DNA of 64,000 nt from Octopus vulgaris (GCA_951406725.2 OX597818.1:127038001-127102000); one strand, 5' to 3'; shown: positions 1-14,236, counted from the stretch's first letter. A program made the numbers and translations. Notes: generated by a model not told the origin, from the sequence alone.

Positions 1-3000
1 GAACTGTTACGCACACATATTACTCTGCCTTCTATATCGGATATATAGAAATGTGCTCACGCATACAGGAATGTAAGCGCGCTGCCCCAATCGGCTGCCA
101 TTTTGACATTTTGTCATATGTATAACTTCGATCTTGGGTTATTCTAAATTTTGTTTCCATCAGAGGTAGATGCCCCATACTTGAGACCTGGATATCATAT
201 TACACAAATTAATCAATGAATAGCTTTCATTTTATTGTTTTAGAGACCAGATTATTATATGAACTTATTCTTTGAAGGAGAAATTGACAACGGAAATTTT
301 TCAGGGAGGATACTCTTCTAATTGCATCTTCATATTGTATTATGTAAGAAAATGAAATTCTGTTATCTGCTTTTATTTACTTTCATTAACTTTTGCTAAT
401 GAGCAATAATTATATGTGAACTATTTTGTGAAGATCATGTTTTGAAATATCATGCAGTTACAACTTGTTGACATTTGCTCTGGAGACGTCGTGTTCCAAT
501 TATTTTAAATGTTAGCGAATAAAAAATATTAACAAGTAAATTATTCATTATATTCTGAATCAAAAGATGTTTGAACATTCTCTAAACATATAGATATATA
601 TAGAGAATCGAACCGAACAATTGGTTTAATAACATGTTGTTTCCAAATTGAAATTTATTCGATTAGATTTTGAGAAAATTAACAGATAACACAGATAGCT
701 TAGATAAGTTATTAACATTAAAGCAAAATAATAAAATTTAGAATTTTAGGTGCATACTGTTAGTCTCAGAGGCCTTTTCATTGATCATACCTTTCGAATG
801 CGTACAGCACAACTACCAGGAGCTTATACGCCGCCTCTAAAGCATCTACTTTTTACATAGAATGGCTAAAGTTGCCATCTCGAACACATAGGTCTTAAAT
901 AAGGTGATAGACAATACGATGGTTAGTGTCACAAATGATGCAGACTGCATAAGAATGCATGTCTCTGATAAATGGCTTTCAAGGTATGAAAATCAGTGCC
1001 AAATATCCTCTGAACGGTGAGCTAGAGATATGAAACTGTTAGAATGTTTGTTATCTTAGCAAACCCATCAATAATTGATTTCGTAACGACTGATTCAACC
1101 GTGCAGTGGTAAAACATTCTTCAGGATACCATTGTTCGGTTTGTATTTCGTTAGTATTCAAGAAAATTAAGACGTTTTACTAAATGGTAAAGTCGTCTCT
1201 AATATACTTATTGAAGTGCACCACGAAATCTAAATAACTTAAAGAAAGAATCCTTATCTATTGATGAATTGTGGTGTGCTTAAGAAAAGCTTAAGAAAAG
1301 CAAAGGAAGCAACAACAAAGTTTTAATTAATGAAAATCAATTTCAATCTCTAATGTGGGTAATTTAGTTGGGAGCAAGCCTGATCTTAGCAGTGCAATGA
1401 CAAGTCTGGACGCAATTCAGCCTTATACTTCATCAGAAAAATATAGTTTTTTTCTTCCATACGAGTCCAATTTTAATCAATTGGAATTTCATGGCCCGTA
1501 GCAGAAAATACATTAGCATTGACATTACACTTTGATTTCCATACGGAACGTGTTTAAAGTTATTTCTTCAATAGCTATTGTTCTATGTGGATGGATAAAT
1601 TCCAATTCAGCAAAGAGTATCTGTTATACATATACAGACAGATCCCTGACCCGGAAGCAGCTCATCTTCTTGACATATTTTGCTTTGTCAATATATCAAC
1701 AAAAAAGAAATCTGGTGCCCATTAGTTATAGTTTTGCAAACTTCTTGTATGAATGCTTGCAAGAGAGTGTACGCTACTGAAAAACCTCGAAACCAGATGG
1801 TATTTTTAAGCCGGTGGGCAGATTAAGTATATCGTCGAAATCATGATGCGAATATAAGGAGAAAAAATTACCTTAGTATTCTGCCAATCATGATGCACGT
1901 CCAAGTGTTATAATTTTAAAAACGTTTGGAAAAAAGCTATGAAACGAATTACAAGGCATAATATTTAACCTAACGAAACAGCTTGACTATGAAATGAGGT
2001 ATAAGGCTTAATCAAATTCTTTTACATTTTAAGATAATAAACGAAGCAAAGGTTTATAAATTTATGCACGACCGTTCGCTAGTATTTAATTATACTCACA
2101 AAAAGATGCAAAATTTCAAGCTGTATTATTTTAGACAGAATTTTTAACGCTTAATATATTGCACTTATGAAAGCAAACTTTAAACAAATTTTAGAGTTGA
2201 TTATCTCCAGCAAGTGATTTGATCTGAAACAACGTATTTCAACTAAAGCAATTATACTATGGTCGGCTCATTTTAACCATTCAAAAACACACAGAAACGG
2301 TTAACTCATTAACTATTTATAACTTACTGTCACAATTTGCGTGGAACTGTCGCTGACCTAATCACTCATATAGTTTTAGTGGCCAGTTCACAGACAATGC
2401 AACGAAAATTCCGACCCCAAGTATTACGTGATTAAGTGGTGTTCATTTTTGTGTTCTTATGGATAGCTACAATAATACAACCAAACCTTATTTGCTCAGA
2501 GAAATTCCCATCCAAACTATTATGTGAGTCAAATGTATAGATTACGATGATAATTATTCCCACAAAAGACAGCATGATTTGTGAATTGTGTTTTAAATAC
2601 TGCTGAGTATGGGTTATAAATTCTGGGTTATAAAGGCTGGGTTATAAATTCTATTTAACCATATTCTCGGCGTTAATGTTTGTAAACTCTATTCCAGATG
2701 TTTTGGCAATAGCATATAAGCCTCAGAGGCGGAGAAAACAGTCTTTCGTACTTTTCTTCACAAATGCCAACTCCAGATATCTTGAGAGATATATGAATAG
2801 CGAAGTAAATGCTAATAGAGATAAAAGTAGATTTCGAAGGATGCCATAGAAATTTATAAGAAAGTAAAACTGACCACATGTATAACATACATTACAATAA
2901 ATTATATGAGCATAGATAGTTTGTATAGGTTAAATATAATCGTCAGACTGGAATTAATAAAAATGGCAGACAAAATAAACACAGAAGAAAATATTCTAAC

Positions 3001-3178
3001 AAATCTTCGAGACAGATAACGACAATAACAATGTGCATAGTCTATATCCTCAAGATATAAAGTACGCTGCATATGGACTTTGTGAAAAGTATGCGAAGAT
3101 TACTACAGTGCTCTCACGAATGGGTATATTTTGCAAAACAAGTAAATTAAAATATCTTAATATACCTATCTTAATATA

Positions 3179-3550
3179 GGCGCAGGAGTGGCTGTGTGGT
3201 AAGTAGCTTGCTAACCAACCACATGGTTCCGGGTTCAGTCCCACTGCGTGGCATCTTGGGCAAGTGTTTTCTGCTATAGTCCAGGGCCGACCAATGCCTT
3301 GTGAGTGGATTTGGTAGACGGAAACTGAAAGAAGCCTGTCGTATATATGTATATATATATATGTGCTTGTCCCCCTAGCATTGATTGACAACCGATGCTG
3401 GTGTGTTTACGTTCGGCAAAAAGAGACCGATAGAATAAGTACTGGGCTTACAAAGAATAAGTACCGGGGTCGATTTGCTCGACTAAAGGCGGTGCTCCAG
3501 CATGGCCGCAGTCAAATGACTGAAACAAGTAAAAGAGAATAAAAGAGAAT
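3179..3550 (+). mobile_element. tRNA-derived SINE, family A
   Basis: Head ggcgcaggagtggctgtgtggtaag (A box) and ggttcagtccc (B box), internal (TA) tract, tail gcagtcaaatgactgaaacaagtaaaagag. More than 8 near-identical copies occur in the window. Confidence 0.9.
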
Positions 3551-3896
3551 GAAAATACCGCGGAAGCAATATTAATTAAACGATTTCATTTTATTATTCA
3601 TTCACAAAAGTAGCGGTTCTGGGAATCGTATGATAGGGAATCAATGTTGTTGATGTTCGTTTTAAAATATGCGGGTTGATGTTAGTGGGAAGGGACTTTT
3701 AGAAGGTAGGGGAAAGGGATTGAAGAAAATGTTTATTGCAAAAGCTGGAGACGTAACATGGTAAGGGTGACGGCAAAAGAAAGGATGGGTGTATCGAGTG
3801 ATCCTGGATGAAAGTTATACGCAGAAAGCAGAAGGAAAAATTGTAGAAGTAGCAGATGAAGCAAAGAAAAATAATGCGATCGAAATTTAGTAGTTA

Positions 3897-4293
3897 CTAG
3901 CAGTATCGCCCGGCGTTGCTCGGGTTTGTAAGGGAAATAACTATATAAGCATTTTTAGAGGTGTAAAGTATAATAGCCATCTCAATATGGCTAACCACAA
4001 AGGAGGGGGTGTTACTGTAGCTTTTTACGTTCTGAGATTTAATAATACATTTTTAGAGAGTTACTTCCCTTATATATGCCAAAAATGCATTAAAAATGGG
4101 AAAAATTGATGGTAAATTTTTTTTTAATCGTAGACGCATCGTAGACGCGCGCTAATACCCAGAAAGGCTCGATATGAATCACGACTATAAGATACCCGGT
4201 TTTGGTTAAACTGCACCGCAAAATGTGGGAGTAGTTAGGATTCTAAATCGTAGGAGACAGACACTCACACAACTTCACTTTTATATATAAAGA
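3897..4293 (-). mobile_element. Non-autonomous Helitron-like element
   Basis: Minus strand starts TCTTTATATATAAAA and ends with the GC hairpin cccgagcaacgccggg followed by CTAG. It is inserted between A and T with no TSD. Confidence 0.75.
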
Positions 4294-5269
4294 TTACGAA
4301 ATACGAAAGAGTCTGCTTTCATTGGATGCTTATAGTATTAGACGTGCGTAATATTTGAACTATCCGATATGAAACCAATATTGAAATGAAGGTGATTTTA
4401 AGTTTTGTAGAATGCTTCGAGATTGACTCTGAGAAGAAAGCTTCGATATCGAGATTCAGATATGGTAATATTCTATATGTGAAGCCAATTTCATAAATCA
4501 ACAAGGATTATATGACCCTATAATTGTAGCATCTTTGGTTGTGTAGTAATCAATCATATGTGCATCATTGAGCCATGAAATGAAACTGGGTTGCCATGTC
4601 GCTACTGAATGATTATTACTAGGACACTGCTTAAGTAAACACTGCATGACTGATATTTAATTTGTTGGATGCGTATGCATAACACTTCAGTGTCTGAAGG
4701 CGGAGATAGATTAAAATTCAATGTGATATGGGCGAGAGTTGTTGAAAATATCAGCACATAGGTAATAAATCAGTTGACGAAATCGTTAAGAGATATCATC
4801 AAATCTTGGTCATATCCTGGTCACAATGTGCTCCCTCGCATTCTTGTAACGTTCGTCAAACAATATGTTACAGGTTATGAAATATAACATTCTGACTAGT
4901 CATCTACCATAACGTGTAATATATTGCTTTAAGATATAAAAACAATACCCATACTGGACGTGCCTATGTTTCTAATCTATGAACCACAAATTGCCATATT
5001 ATATATATATATATGTACACACATACATACTCACTATATATTCCCTATATGTATATTTAGAATACATATAGTGTAATACATACATACTTGTATACATACA
5101 TACATACATACATGCATACATACGTACATTCATACACGCATACATACATGATGGTATACTTAGATAAACATTTGTGAATGTGAGTGAGATTGCCTACATA
5201 GTTGTGGTTTGCATATAGATAGCGAAATATCTCTGACGTGAATGTATGTGGTAAACATAGATTAGAAAA

Positions 5270-5715
5270 GCTCAAGCTTTAGTCTCTCCAACGCCGCCGT
5301 TAGTGCTACATCATCTGCATGATGTGGAAAATATTCCATCAGCATTGCCCAAATGATGTTGACATCGCTTTTAAGATACACCCAAGACTTGGACATCGTA
5401 AATCATATTCGCATCACATAACAACAATACGGTACAATTATTTCACTTCGATTGGCACCGCTCTCTTTAGCATTGCGCCAAAAAACATTAAGGCAGAAAC
5501 AGACCCCATAAACTTCAAGAAGTCTTTGGACAAATTCCTTCAAAAATTTCCGGATAAACCTCCTACACCCGGATATGTATCCGTAAACAATAACTCTCTC
5601 CTCGAGTGGGCCATGTTGTCCGATTCCTGATTTGAATGACTTTGCCAGGTGGTGCTATTAGTTATACATGGCCTGGGCCAATACTGACCGAAGCCTATCA
5701 AAGTATCAAAGCATA
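5270..5715 (+). mobile_element. CR1-like LINE 3' fragment
   Basis: LSLQRRR...MMWKIF...FKKSLDKFLQKFPDKP is a typical ORF2 C-terminus. It resembles the 3' end of the LINE at 38-40.7 kb. Confidence 0.75.
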
Positions 5716-5725
5716 TATATGTATA

Positions 5726-6420
5726 TACAGGGTGCGAGGGGTATTTAAGGGTTGTTTTGGTATACAATAAAACAACTATATTTCAGCATAAATAAATATG
5801 TATTTGAATAAACATTTGTGCAGTTAGTTTTGATAATGATTTTTAAGCAAATTATTCTATGAAACCGCCTTCTGCTTCAATGACTGTTTCAGTGTGGTAC
5901 CGATAATGCTGGCATGCTAATACTATATGGTCTTTATTCATTTCGAACAATACCTGGATAATGGTGGCCTTCAATGAAGCTATAGTATTATGAGGATGAC
6001 AATTAGTCTCCCTTTCAACAGCGCTCCACAGGTAGTAGTCCATGGGGTTCAAATCTGGCATATCGGGTGTTACATAACCGTAAAAATTGTCTAACAACCT
6101 TGCTTGTGTGACTAGGGCTTTGTGAGAAGGGACTGAGTGTTGTTGAAACACGTATGGCCTTCCATTACATATTTCATCAATCCAGGGCTTGATAACAGTT
6201 TCCAGTACTTCAATGTATCCAGCAGCATTAATTCTAAGACCCTGTGGAAAAAAGTGGGGAGGCATCACATGTCCTATACTACTCACGACACCTAAAACAA
6301 TCACAGTTGTTGGAAATTTCGTGTGCATCACTCTCGGAACTTCAGAAAGATCTGCACACAACCACTTGTCATTTCTTCTGCTACACTTTTGATCCTAGTC
6401 AAAGGTTTTTTCGTCAGAGA
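5726..6420 (-). mobile_element. Tc1/mariner-superfamily transposase relic
   Basis: ORF 5852-6361 contains YVFQQ..PSH, PDLNPMDYYLWS and the end VIEAEGGFIE. A terminal-like TA-cagggtg sequence sits at about 5726. Confidence 0.85.
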
Positions 6421-7570
6421 AAAAACAAAACATGCCTTGTTCATGAGGACTTTTCACAGTGCCTCATTACTTACCGTATCAAATGCTTTAGTTAAATCTA
6501 TAAAGAAATGGTATAATGACATACCATCCTCTCAGCATTTCTCTTGAACGTGCCTCACAGAAAATATCATGTTCATTGTTCTTCGTTCAAGTCTGAAATC
6601 CCACTGTTCTTCAGGAATTGCATGTGGACACACATTCTCTACAATACGATCTAACATGATCCCTTGAAAGTATCTTCCCGGTATGTGCCAAAAGAGCTAT
6701 CCCTCTAGAATTAACACACACTGCTTTCGGATCCTTACCCTTGTATACAGAGATGAGATTAGAATGCCATTTATCCATTCTTGTGGCACAGAAGATTCAT
6801 TCCAAACTCGAGTTACCCAGTAAGGGATTTCACATGAAATATGATCCCCAGCTGCTTTCAGACTTTCAACTGGAATAACATCCAATCTGGGAGCTTTACC
6901 TGATCTTAGTTTACGTAATGCCAGATTTACTTCTTCATTGGAAGGTGTATCATTCATGTGTTGCAATATCTCTCTTTGCCAAATGTTGTTAATGATATCC
7001 ATGTTCACTACAGACAGATTGTGGAAAAGATCTGCAAAGTGTGCTCTCCATCTATTCATTATTCCAGGAGGATCTTTAATAACCTCATTTCCATCTTTCG
7101 ACTTCAAGGGAACATATGATGATGAAGATTGCCGTCCAAAAGCTTGCCTCAATAAACTATAGAAACCTTTAATGTCTTTCCTTCATAGGCTGCCTATACT
7201 TCCTCAGACAAATTTCTCCACCAAATCTCTTTAAGCCTTTTTTGTAAGTCTACTTTCTGAGACTTGTACAAGTTTTCTAGTTTCATTTTGGTCTTAACTT
7301 TTGGGTCAAGAAGCTTTCCATGAGTGGACCTCATTGTTGCTAAAAGCTCATTTATCACTGTATCATTGGAATCAAACCAGTTTCGGTGTTGTCTCCTCTT
7401 AAAACCTAATACCTCTTATCCCATTTTATATCACGGAAAGATTGCCATGAAACTTCAAAATGAACATTGATGCATCTCTTCTAAAACAACGACAAACTTG
7501 TGGTTTTACATCAATTTTCTTTGGTACTCGTACTCTTGCACTACGAATCTTCTTACGGACCCTGAAAAAG
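6420..7570 (-). mobile_element. RTE-clade LINE fragment (degenerate ORF2)
   Basis: ORF 6697-7152 contains RWRAHFADLFH, LRKLRSGKAPRLDVIPVE and VPQEW, which are RTE-type pre-RT motifs. The frame is broken. Confidence 0.8.
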
Positions 7571-7636
7571 ATACATGTATGTATAAAATTTGAAACTTTT
7601 ACAATCTAAATATATTTATAAAAACATTTTAAAACT

Positions 7637-7682
<46 letters not shown>

Positions 7683-7843
7683 TATATATATATATATACG
7701 CGATACTTACGACTGTGATAAAAGGTCCATGACCAGCTATGTTTTAAGTAGCCATGTGTAATTAAAATCTGCATTGTCAAAGCTGGACAGAAACCAATCG
7801 CCAAAGGTTATTTCTATGCTTCCACTGTGTCTACTGTGCATGC

Positions 7844-7904
<61 letters not shown>

Positions 7905-8112
7905 AATACATATTCATATATATGTATATGTGTGTGTGATTGTGTGTTTGTGTGTGTGTGCGTGTTTGTGTGTGTGTGTGTATGTGTGTATCGATGACAT
8001 GACTAGCCATCTTTTAAATAGTAATATGCAATTAAAGCGTAAATTGTCAGAGCTAAGCAGAAACCAATCGGCGAAGGGTTATTTTAATGCTTCCATCGCG
8101 TCTGCTCTGCAT

Positions 8113-8315
<203 letters not shown>

Positions 8316-8937
8316 TACACACATGCGTGCATACATACATATTATTCATAAACGCGTGTATGTATGTGTCTATGTGTGTCTGTCTCCTTGGCTCAAAGAG
8401 AGAGACAATTTCAGAAAGTAGCGGAGATGGGAACGATATGCTTTAATTTCCTTTTAGTTGACTTAGCACCATCGTCCGTTAGTTTCCGTTTATTCCCGAT
8501 ATTCTGTTTTGTTAATTGTTCCATGTGGTCGTAAAGTAAACGAAACGTCAGACCACTCTTTACTCATATCGCTTAAACATACTTTCATTTGCCATTTTTG
8601 TAATCACATACATGCGCATGCACACACAAGCGAGTGCATACACAAGGAACACAGAGAAACACACAAATACACATATAACTGTACGCCTGTCTGTACAAGC
8701 ATGTTTATGTAGGAGTTCATTCAGTGATTACGTGTCAGAAATATTAGTAATATGTATCAGACGCATAAATGTAGAACCACATCGAGTGTATTGTTGCATG
8801 GTATATAGTTAGTTGCAGAAATGGGCGAAATAAGGACGGATCATGAAGTAGTACGTGCTCCCATATTTATTCTTTTCGTTATACATACACACGTGCTCGC
8901 GCACGCTCACATATGTGTCATTTATTAATATAGGCGA

Positions 8938-9445
8938 AGGCGGTAGTTCGTCTGCCGCTCCGTTCTGAGTTCAAATTCCGCCGAGGTCGACTTTGCCTTT
9001 TATACTTTCGTGGTCGATAAATGAAGTACCAGTTACGCACTGAGGTCGATAAAAATCGACTTAATCCGTTTGTTTGTCCTTGTTTGTCCTCTCTGTGTTT
9101 AGCCCCTTGTGGGTAGTAAAGAAATAGGTATTTCGTCTGCCGTTACGTTCTGAGTTCAAATTCCGCCCAGGTCGACTTTGCCTTTCATCCTTTCGGGGTC
9201 GATTAAATAAGTACCAGTTACGCACTGGGGTCGATATAATCGACTTAATCCGTTTGTCTGTCTTTGTTTGTCCTCTCTGTATTTAGCTCCTTGTGGGTAG
9301 TGAAGAAATAGGTATTTAGTCTATCTTTACTTTCTGAGTTCAAATTCCACCGAGATCGACTTAGCCTTTCATATATATATATATATATAGGTATTTAGTC
9401 TATCTTTACTTTCTGAGTTCAAATTCCACCGAGATCGACTTAGTC

Positions 9446-9450
<5 letters not shown>
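8938..9450 (+). mobile_element. Tandem array of SINE family B copies
   Basis: Repeated ttctgagttcaaattccgccgaggtcgactttgcc...gtgggtagtaaagaaata units at about 8938, 9129, 9311 and 9389. The last two are partial. Confidence 0.85.
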
Positions 9451-9543
<93 letters not shown>

Positions 9544-10137
9544 GTATATATATATACAATATGTACTGTATGTATTTATTAGTATATGATAATGTGTTCA
9601 CATGCGTACGTGTCCGACTGTGCTTGTATATGTGCGTCTGTGCATTTATTTGTTAACGTTTTTGCGTATATTGATGAAATGAGGTTTGGATCAGGAAATA
9701 GCAATCTAATATCTCGCGCAGGGAAAAGATAAAGTGTTATCGCCATTCGAAATATATAATCGACTTATCAATCGATATTAGTGATATGGTAATCAATGTT
9801 AAGCAAAGTTTTTAGGAAACACAAACCTTCAATTGTAGCGTAACTATGTAGATATATCAATGTAGATCTGGTGAATTCTGTATTGGAATTTTATAACGTG
9901 GCAAAACGTTATAAATATAATTTGATGGCATAAAGTTGCATGAAAGTAGTGATGACGTACAGTCCAGTTTTCAGCCATTGCAATTATTCATTTTCCCAAA
10001 GGTCGTTGACGCTATCGAATAGGTTCTTCTCTTAAATCATCGGGGTTTACTTTCGAAGTGCCAATTCTAGGACCTCCAGCAATCGTGTACTCATATAGGC
10101 TAAATTTAGGCCACATAATGCATTGGACGTTTTCTAT

Positions 10138-10172
10138 ATTTCTGACGAAGAGCTCCGCTCGAAACGTGAAAT
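10138..10172 (+). ncRNA. Minimal type I hammerhead-like motif (PLE pseudo-LTR type)
   Basis: attt-CTGACGA-a-GAGC-tcc-GCTC-GAAA-CGT-g-aaat. The core is intact, but position 17 is G, which is non-cleavable. Confidence 0.6.
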
Positions 10173-10279
10173 CCTCTTTCTTTTCTTTCCTTTCCTGAGC
10201 GTCCAATAACACTGTACTTATTCCACGGCCTCGCGTTGTTCTTTTTTCTTGCTTGTTCATGTTTGGATTGACTATTAAG

Positions 10280-10344
<65 letters not shown>

Positions 10345-10428
10345 AGTATGAATACAAACATATATACACACATATATGTATATATGCGTGCGTATGCGTA
10401 AGTATATATGTATGCTTATATACATATG

Positions 10429-10460
<32 letters not shown>

Positions 10461-10486
10461 TGCATGTATGCATGTATATATGCATG

Positions 10487-10557
<71 letters not shown>

Positions 10558-10622
10558 ATAGATAGATAGATAGATACATGCATAAATACATGCATACATG
10601 CATACATACATACATACATACA

Positions 10623-10701
<79 letters not shown>

Positions 10702-10872
10702 CATACATATATACATATATATATATTTGTTGAAATAGAAAGATGAATTTTCTTGTTACAGATTATTCAAAAGTTTAACCGATACCTGGGTAGCAAAAAT
10801 CACAGCAGAGAAAAGCACGGTTGGAGATAAGACCATTTGGTGTTGCAACCGTGCGTTGGTGCGGATAATTGA

Positions 10873-10985
<113 letters not shown>

Positions 10986-11840
10986 TTAGGCCGAGTAAAA
11001 TGTAAGCAACATTTTGAAACATGAAATCCGTCACAATATATTTCAACAATGCGGAAATTTTATTCATCAAAGTAATTGCCAATGCAATCAATACATTTTT
11101 ACCAACGAGTTACAAGTTTGTTTATTCCGGTAATATACGAATCTTGAGTTCTGGAGCTGATAAACTCTGAATGCACTTTCAGCATCGGTTTGGTTTTTGA
11201 ACACCTTCTGTCTCAGGAAACCAACAAGGTACTTGAAAAAGTGGTAGTCGATAGGAGAAAGGTCTGGGGAATAAACTGAGCGAGAAAGAACTTCATGGCC
11301 AAGTTCCCGCAACTTCTGGAGCGTCATTAGTGAAACGTGTGGGTGAGCATTGTCATGAAGAATTATTGGCCCTCTTTTGGGGACGGAAGAGTAGCAGTTT
11401 TTCATTCATTTTGGCAATTTAATGGCAATTTCATGGCAATATGTTTCTGCAGTAATGATTTTTCCGGGTTTTAAGAATTTATAGTGGAAGCCTCTAGCAG
11501 TACGCCGCCAAACAGTCACCATAACCTTCTTTTTGAAGAGCTCAGGTTTTGGGATGGTTTTCGCTACTTCATTTTGGTCCACCCACTGCGATTATTTTGT
11601 TCAGAATACACTTTTCGTCGCAAGTTACAATACGGTCGAGAAATGAATCGGTCTGGTTACGGAGAAGAAGCGGCGAGTAAATTTCATATCTGCGTATTTT
11701 CCGATTTTCATTGAAATCTTGTGGTACCCATTCGTCGAGCTTTTTAGATTTTCCGATTGCATGCAAATGGTTGCAGGCAGTTTTCTGGCTAACTTGAAGT
11801 TTGTTTGCCAGTTCTCGAGTGGTTTTACGTGAATCTTAAG
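10986..11840 (-). mobile_element. Mariner (DD34D-type) transposase pseudogene
   Basis: Motifs WVPQ, IVTCDEK, LHDNAHPH and YSPDLSPIDYHFF are spread over frameshifted ORFs 11088-11405 and 11569-11766. Confidence 0.9.
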
Positions 11841-12050
11841 GTTCATCATACCACACTTCTTGATACCGAATTCCATCTTAATATCAATACTAAAACGTTG
11901 AACAGTGTTCACCAAGGAACACACTTGTACCTCATCCTTACCATACAGTTTCAAATCATCTATGAAGAGGCAATCGTTGATTTTTTGAGTTTTCCCTTTA
12001 ACTGATGTCCTAGTTTCATTTTCCTCAGTACCAAGGTCAAAATCAACAAT
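11840..12050 (-). mobile_element. R4/Dong-like non-LTR RT fragment
   Basis: Peptide LFIDDLKLYGKDEVQVCSLVNTVQRFSIDIKMEFGIKKC resembles R4/Dong RT motifs 5-6. Confidence 0.7.
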
Positions 12051-12089
12051 ACCAGTTACGTTGTGTAATAAAAATTTTATTTATTTATT

Positions 12090-12530
12090 TATCTTTTTGT
12101 CCTTTGGTCAGTATGTGCTATTCTTCCTAGAATTTAAAGAAAATGACAATTATTCCCTTCAAGCTTTGCTTTTGTGACATGGACATCAATGTTTTGAAAC
12201 TGACTTACTTTCCATTACGTTTCAGATTCAGCGCTGAGTTGCCGAAACAGAAATATCGTTTTAGCAAATACTCTGCACAATATCATGGATTTGCTTGTCA
12301 GTTGCTTGCTCTTATCCACTTGAGCATATTCTCTTATGGCTGACGATATGTGCATCTCGGATCATGAGCAGAGTAGTGGGGGAGCATCATAGACATGTGT
12401 TGAGAGGGATTATTTTGGGTTTCAATAAATGTAACAAAAGCAAAGTTTGAAGGAAATATTACCTAGTTTTCCTACTTTATAGGGGTAAGTAAATAGGAAA
12501 TAATAGTTGCTACCTAAGGACAAAAATCTT
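12090..12530. mobile_element. MITE-like element with imperfect terminal inverted repeats
   Basis: tttttgtcctttggt pairs with acctaaggacaaaaa, and ccttcaagctttgcttttgtgaca (about 12157) pairs with tgtaacaaaagcaaagtttgaagg (about 12430). Confidence 0.55.
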
Positions 12531-13049
12531 GTTGCACAGTGTTATTTTATATAGACATAGTATATATACTCCACAAAATATAGGCACACCGAAAAAGCAA
12601 CATATTTCACAAGGCAGCATAAAGAATATACCTTAATTACACATCAGAAAATTGCTAAACCTATAGAAGCATGGGACAACTACAAACATCCTAACTTGCT
12701 ATGCGTAATCTTTCTTGATAGATGAAGACATTTTTATCTATGGCTACTCTCATAACTACTGACGCCGCGTCGACACTAAAAAGGAAACTTGGATAATTGT
12801 TAATTGTTCTGTGATAATGAGGAAGGTAAGATGCACACACATTCCGGTTTCATTCATAACCTTTCAACTGCAAGAATTTCGAGATCAATTAACTCTGTAT
12901 TTTGGTAATTGAGTGAGAAGCTGCACGCATCTTAAAATGAAGCCCACGTCGATGTCGTTATCATATGTCTGAATAAACTTCGAGTCAACCCAATTGATTC
13001 GCTGTGGGCGAATCAGTTGGGTTGATTCGTCACTCCTTTCTGGTTATTC

Positions 13050-13780
13050 AGAACGTGAAGAACATCAAATACAACCAACAGTGCGTCCATGCTGCCCAGT
13101 GCGTCCATGCTGCCCAGTGCGTCCATGCTGCCCAGTGCGTCCATGCTGCCCAGTGCGTCCATGCTGCCAACAAAGCACGCGGAGTTCTGTGTTTGATTCG
13201 ACGATCATTCGGAATGCTCACAGCAGCCATATTCCTACCGCTCTATGTCACGCTGGTGAGACCCATATTGGAGTACAGGATTCAAGCCTCTTCTCCTTAT
13301 CTCCTCAAAGACATACGGCATCTCGAAACATTCCAGAAGCTGGCTACCCGCATGGTTCTTGGTCTCAAGCATTTGTATTATGAAGAAAGGCTGAAGACGC
13401 TCGACCTTTATTCTCTAGAAAAACGACGACGCCGTGGTGATCTTTCTTGCTCACAACATCATAAGCGGAAAGTGTAACCTCTCGAAAGAGCTGTTCTTCA
13501 CTCCTGCTCCAGAGCGTCGGCTGCGGGGTCACTCCGAAAAGCTCTATCTGCGACGATTTCATCGCAATCGAGGGAGAGGGGCTTTCTCCGTCCGGGTTGC
13601 GGATCCGTGGAATAAGCTGCCGGATGAGATAGTGAAGATGCTGACGACCGCTCGGTTCAAAGTCTCGCTTGACCACAAATGGCCTGAACTCTTTGCATGA
13701 ACACTACCCTGTACATAACTCCATGTCCCCCTACATGGCCTTCCTTTTTGCTTTTTGAGCCAAAAAATCAACTTAACTTA
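13050..13780 (+). mobile_element. CR1-like LINE 3' end
   Basis: AANKARGVL..IRRSF, LYVTLVRPILEY, YEERLKTLDLYSLEKRRRRGDL, LRGH, FSVRVADPWNKLP. Confidence 0.9.
13079..13168 (+). repeat. 18-bp tandem repeat x5 (cagtgcgtccatgctgcc)
   Basis: Five perfect units, in frame as QCVHAA. Confidence 0.95.
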
Positions 13781-14236
13781 ACAGTCACACTCAACGATAT
13801 ATACGTACTACATATGCACACACAGAAGACAAAATCACTATTAGTTACACCCAGCAATATCAACAACACATACAAAGCATGCTAAATGAACTAAAATGAT
13901 GCACGAGCATAATTACAGCATTCACAGGTATCACACTAAGCACACCATTTAGAAAATCGCATATAAACAATACACCAGATGAACTAAATCTGGGCTCTCT
14001 GGGACTCTAATCACTCTGCAAACCAGAACAAACTGTAAAGAACGTAAAGCTGCACCTTTCGCATCTTCATATCCCTAACAAATCACCAATACAAAAGAAA
14101 GAAATGTACTAAGACTGAAAACCTATTAGGATATTCGAAGGTGGCAGTTTCTTGTCACAGTGGATATCTACCGTCACAAACCATGACGCTAAATGTAAAA
14201 TAACCTCCAAGCATAAAAACATATATGTAACACCAT

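Noticed and set aside
1-2950. Possible degenerate DNA transposon or gene (ORFs 1532-1780, 2673-2888)
   Set aside because: No recognisable motifs or convincing terminal repeats by eye.
13079-13168. Short direct repeats as a CRISPR-like array
   Set aside because: There are no spacers, the context is eukaryotic, and the repeat lies within a LINE.
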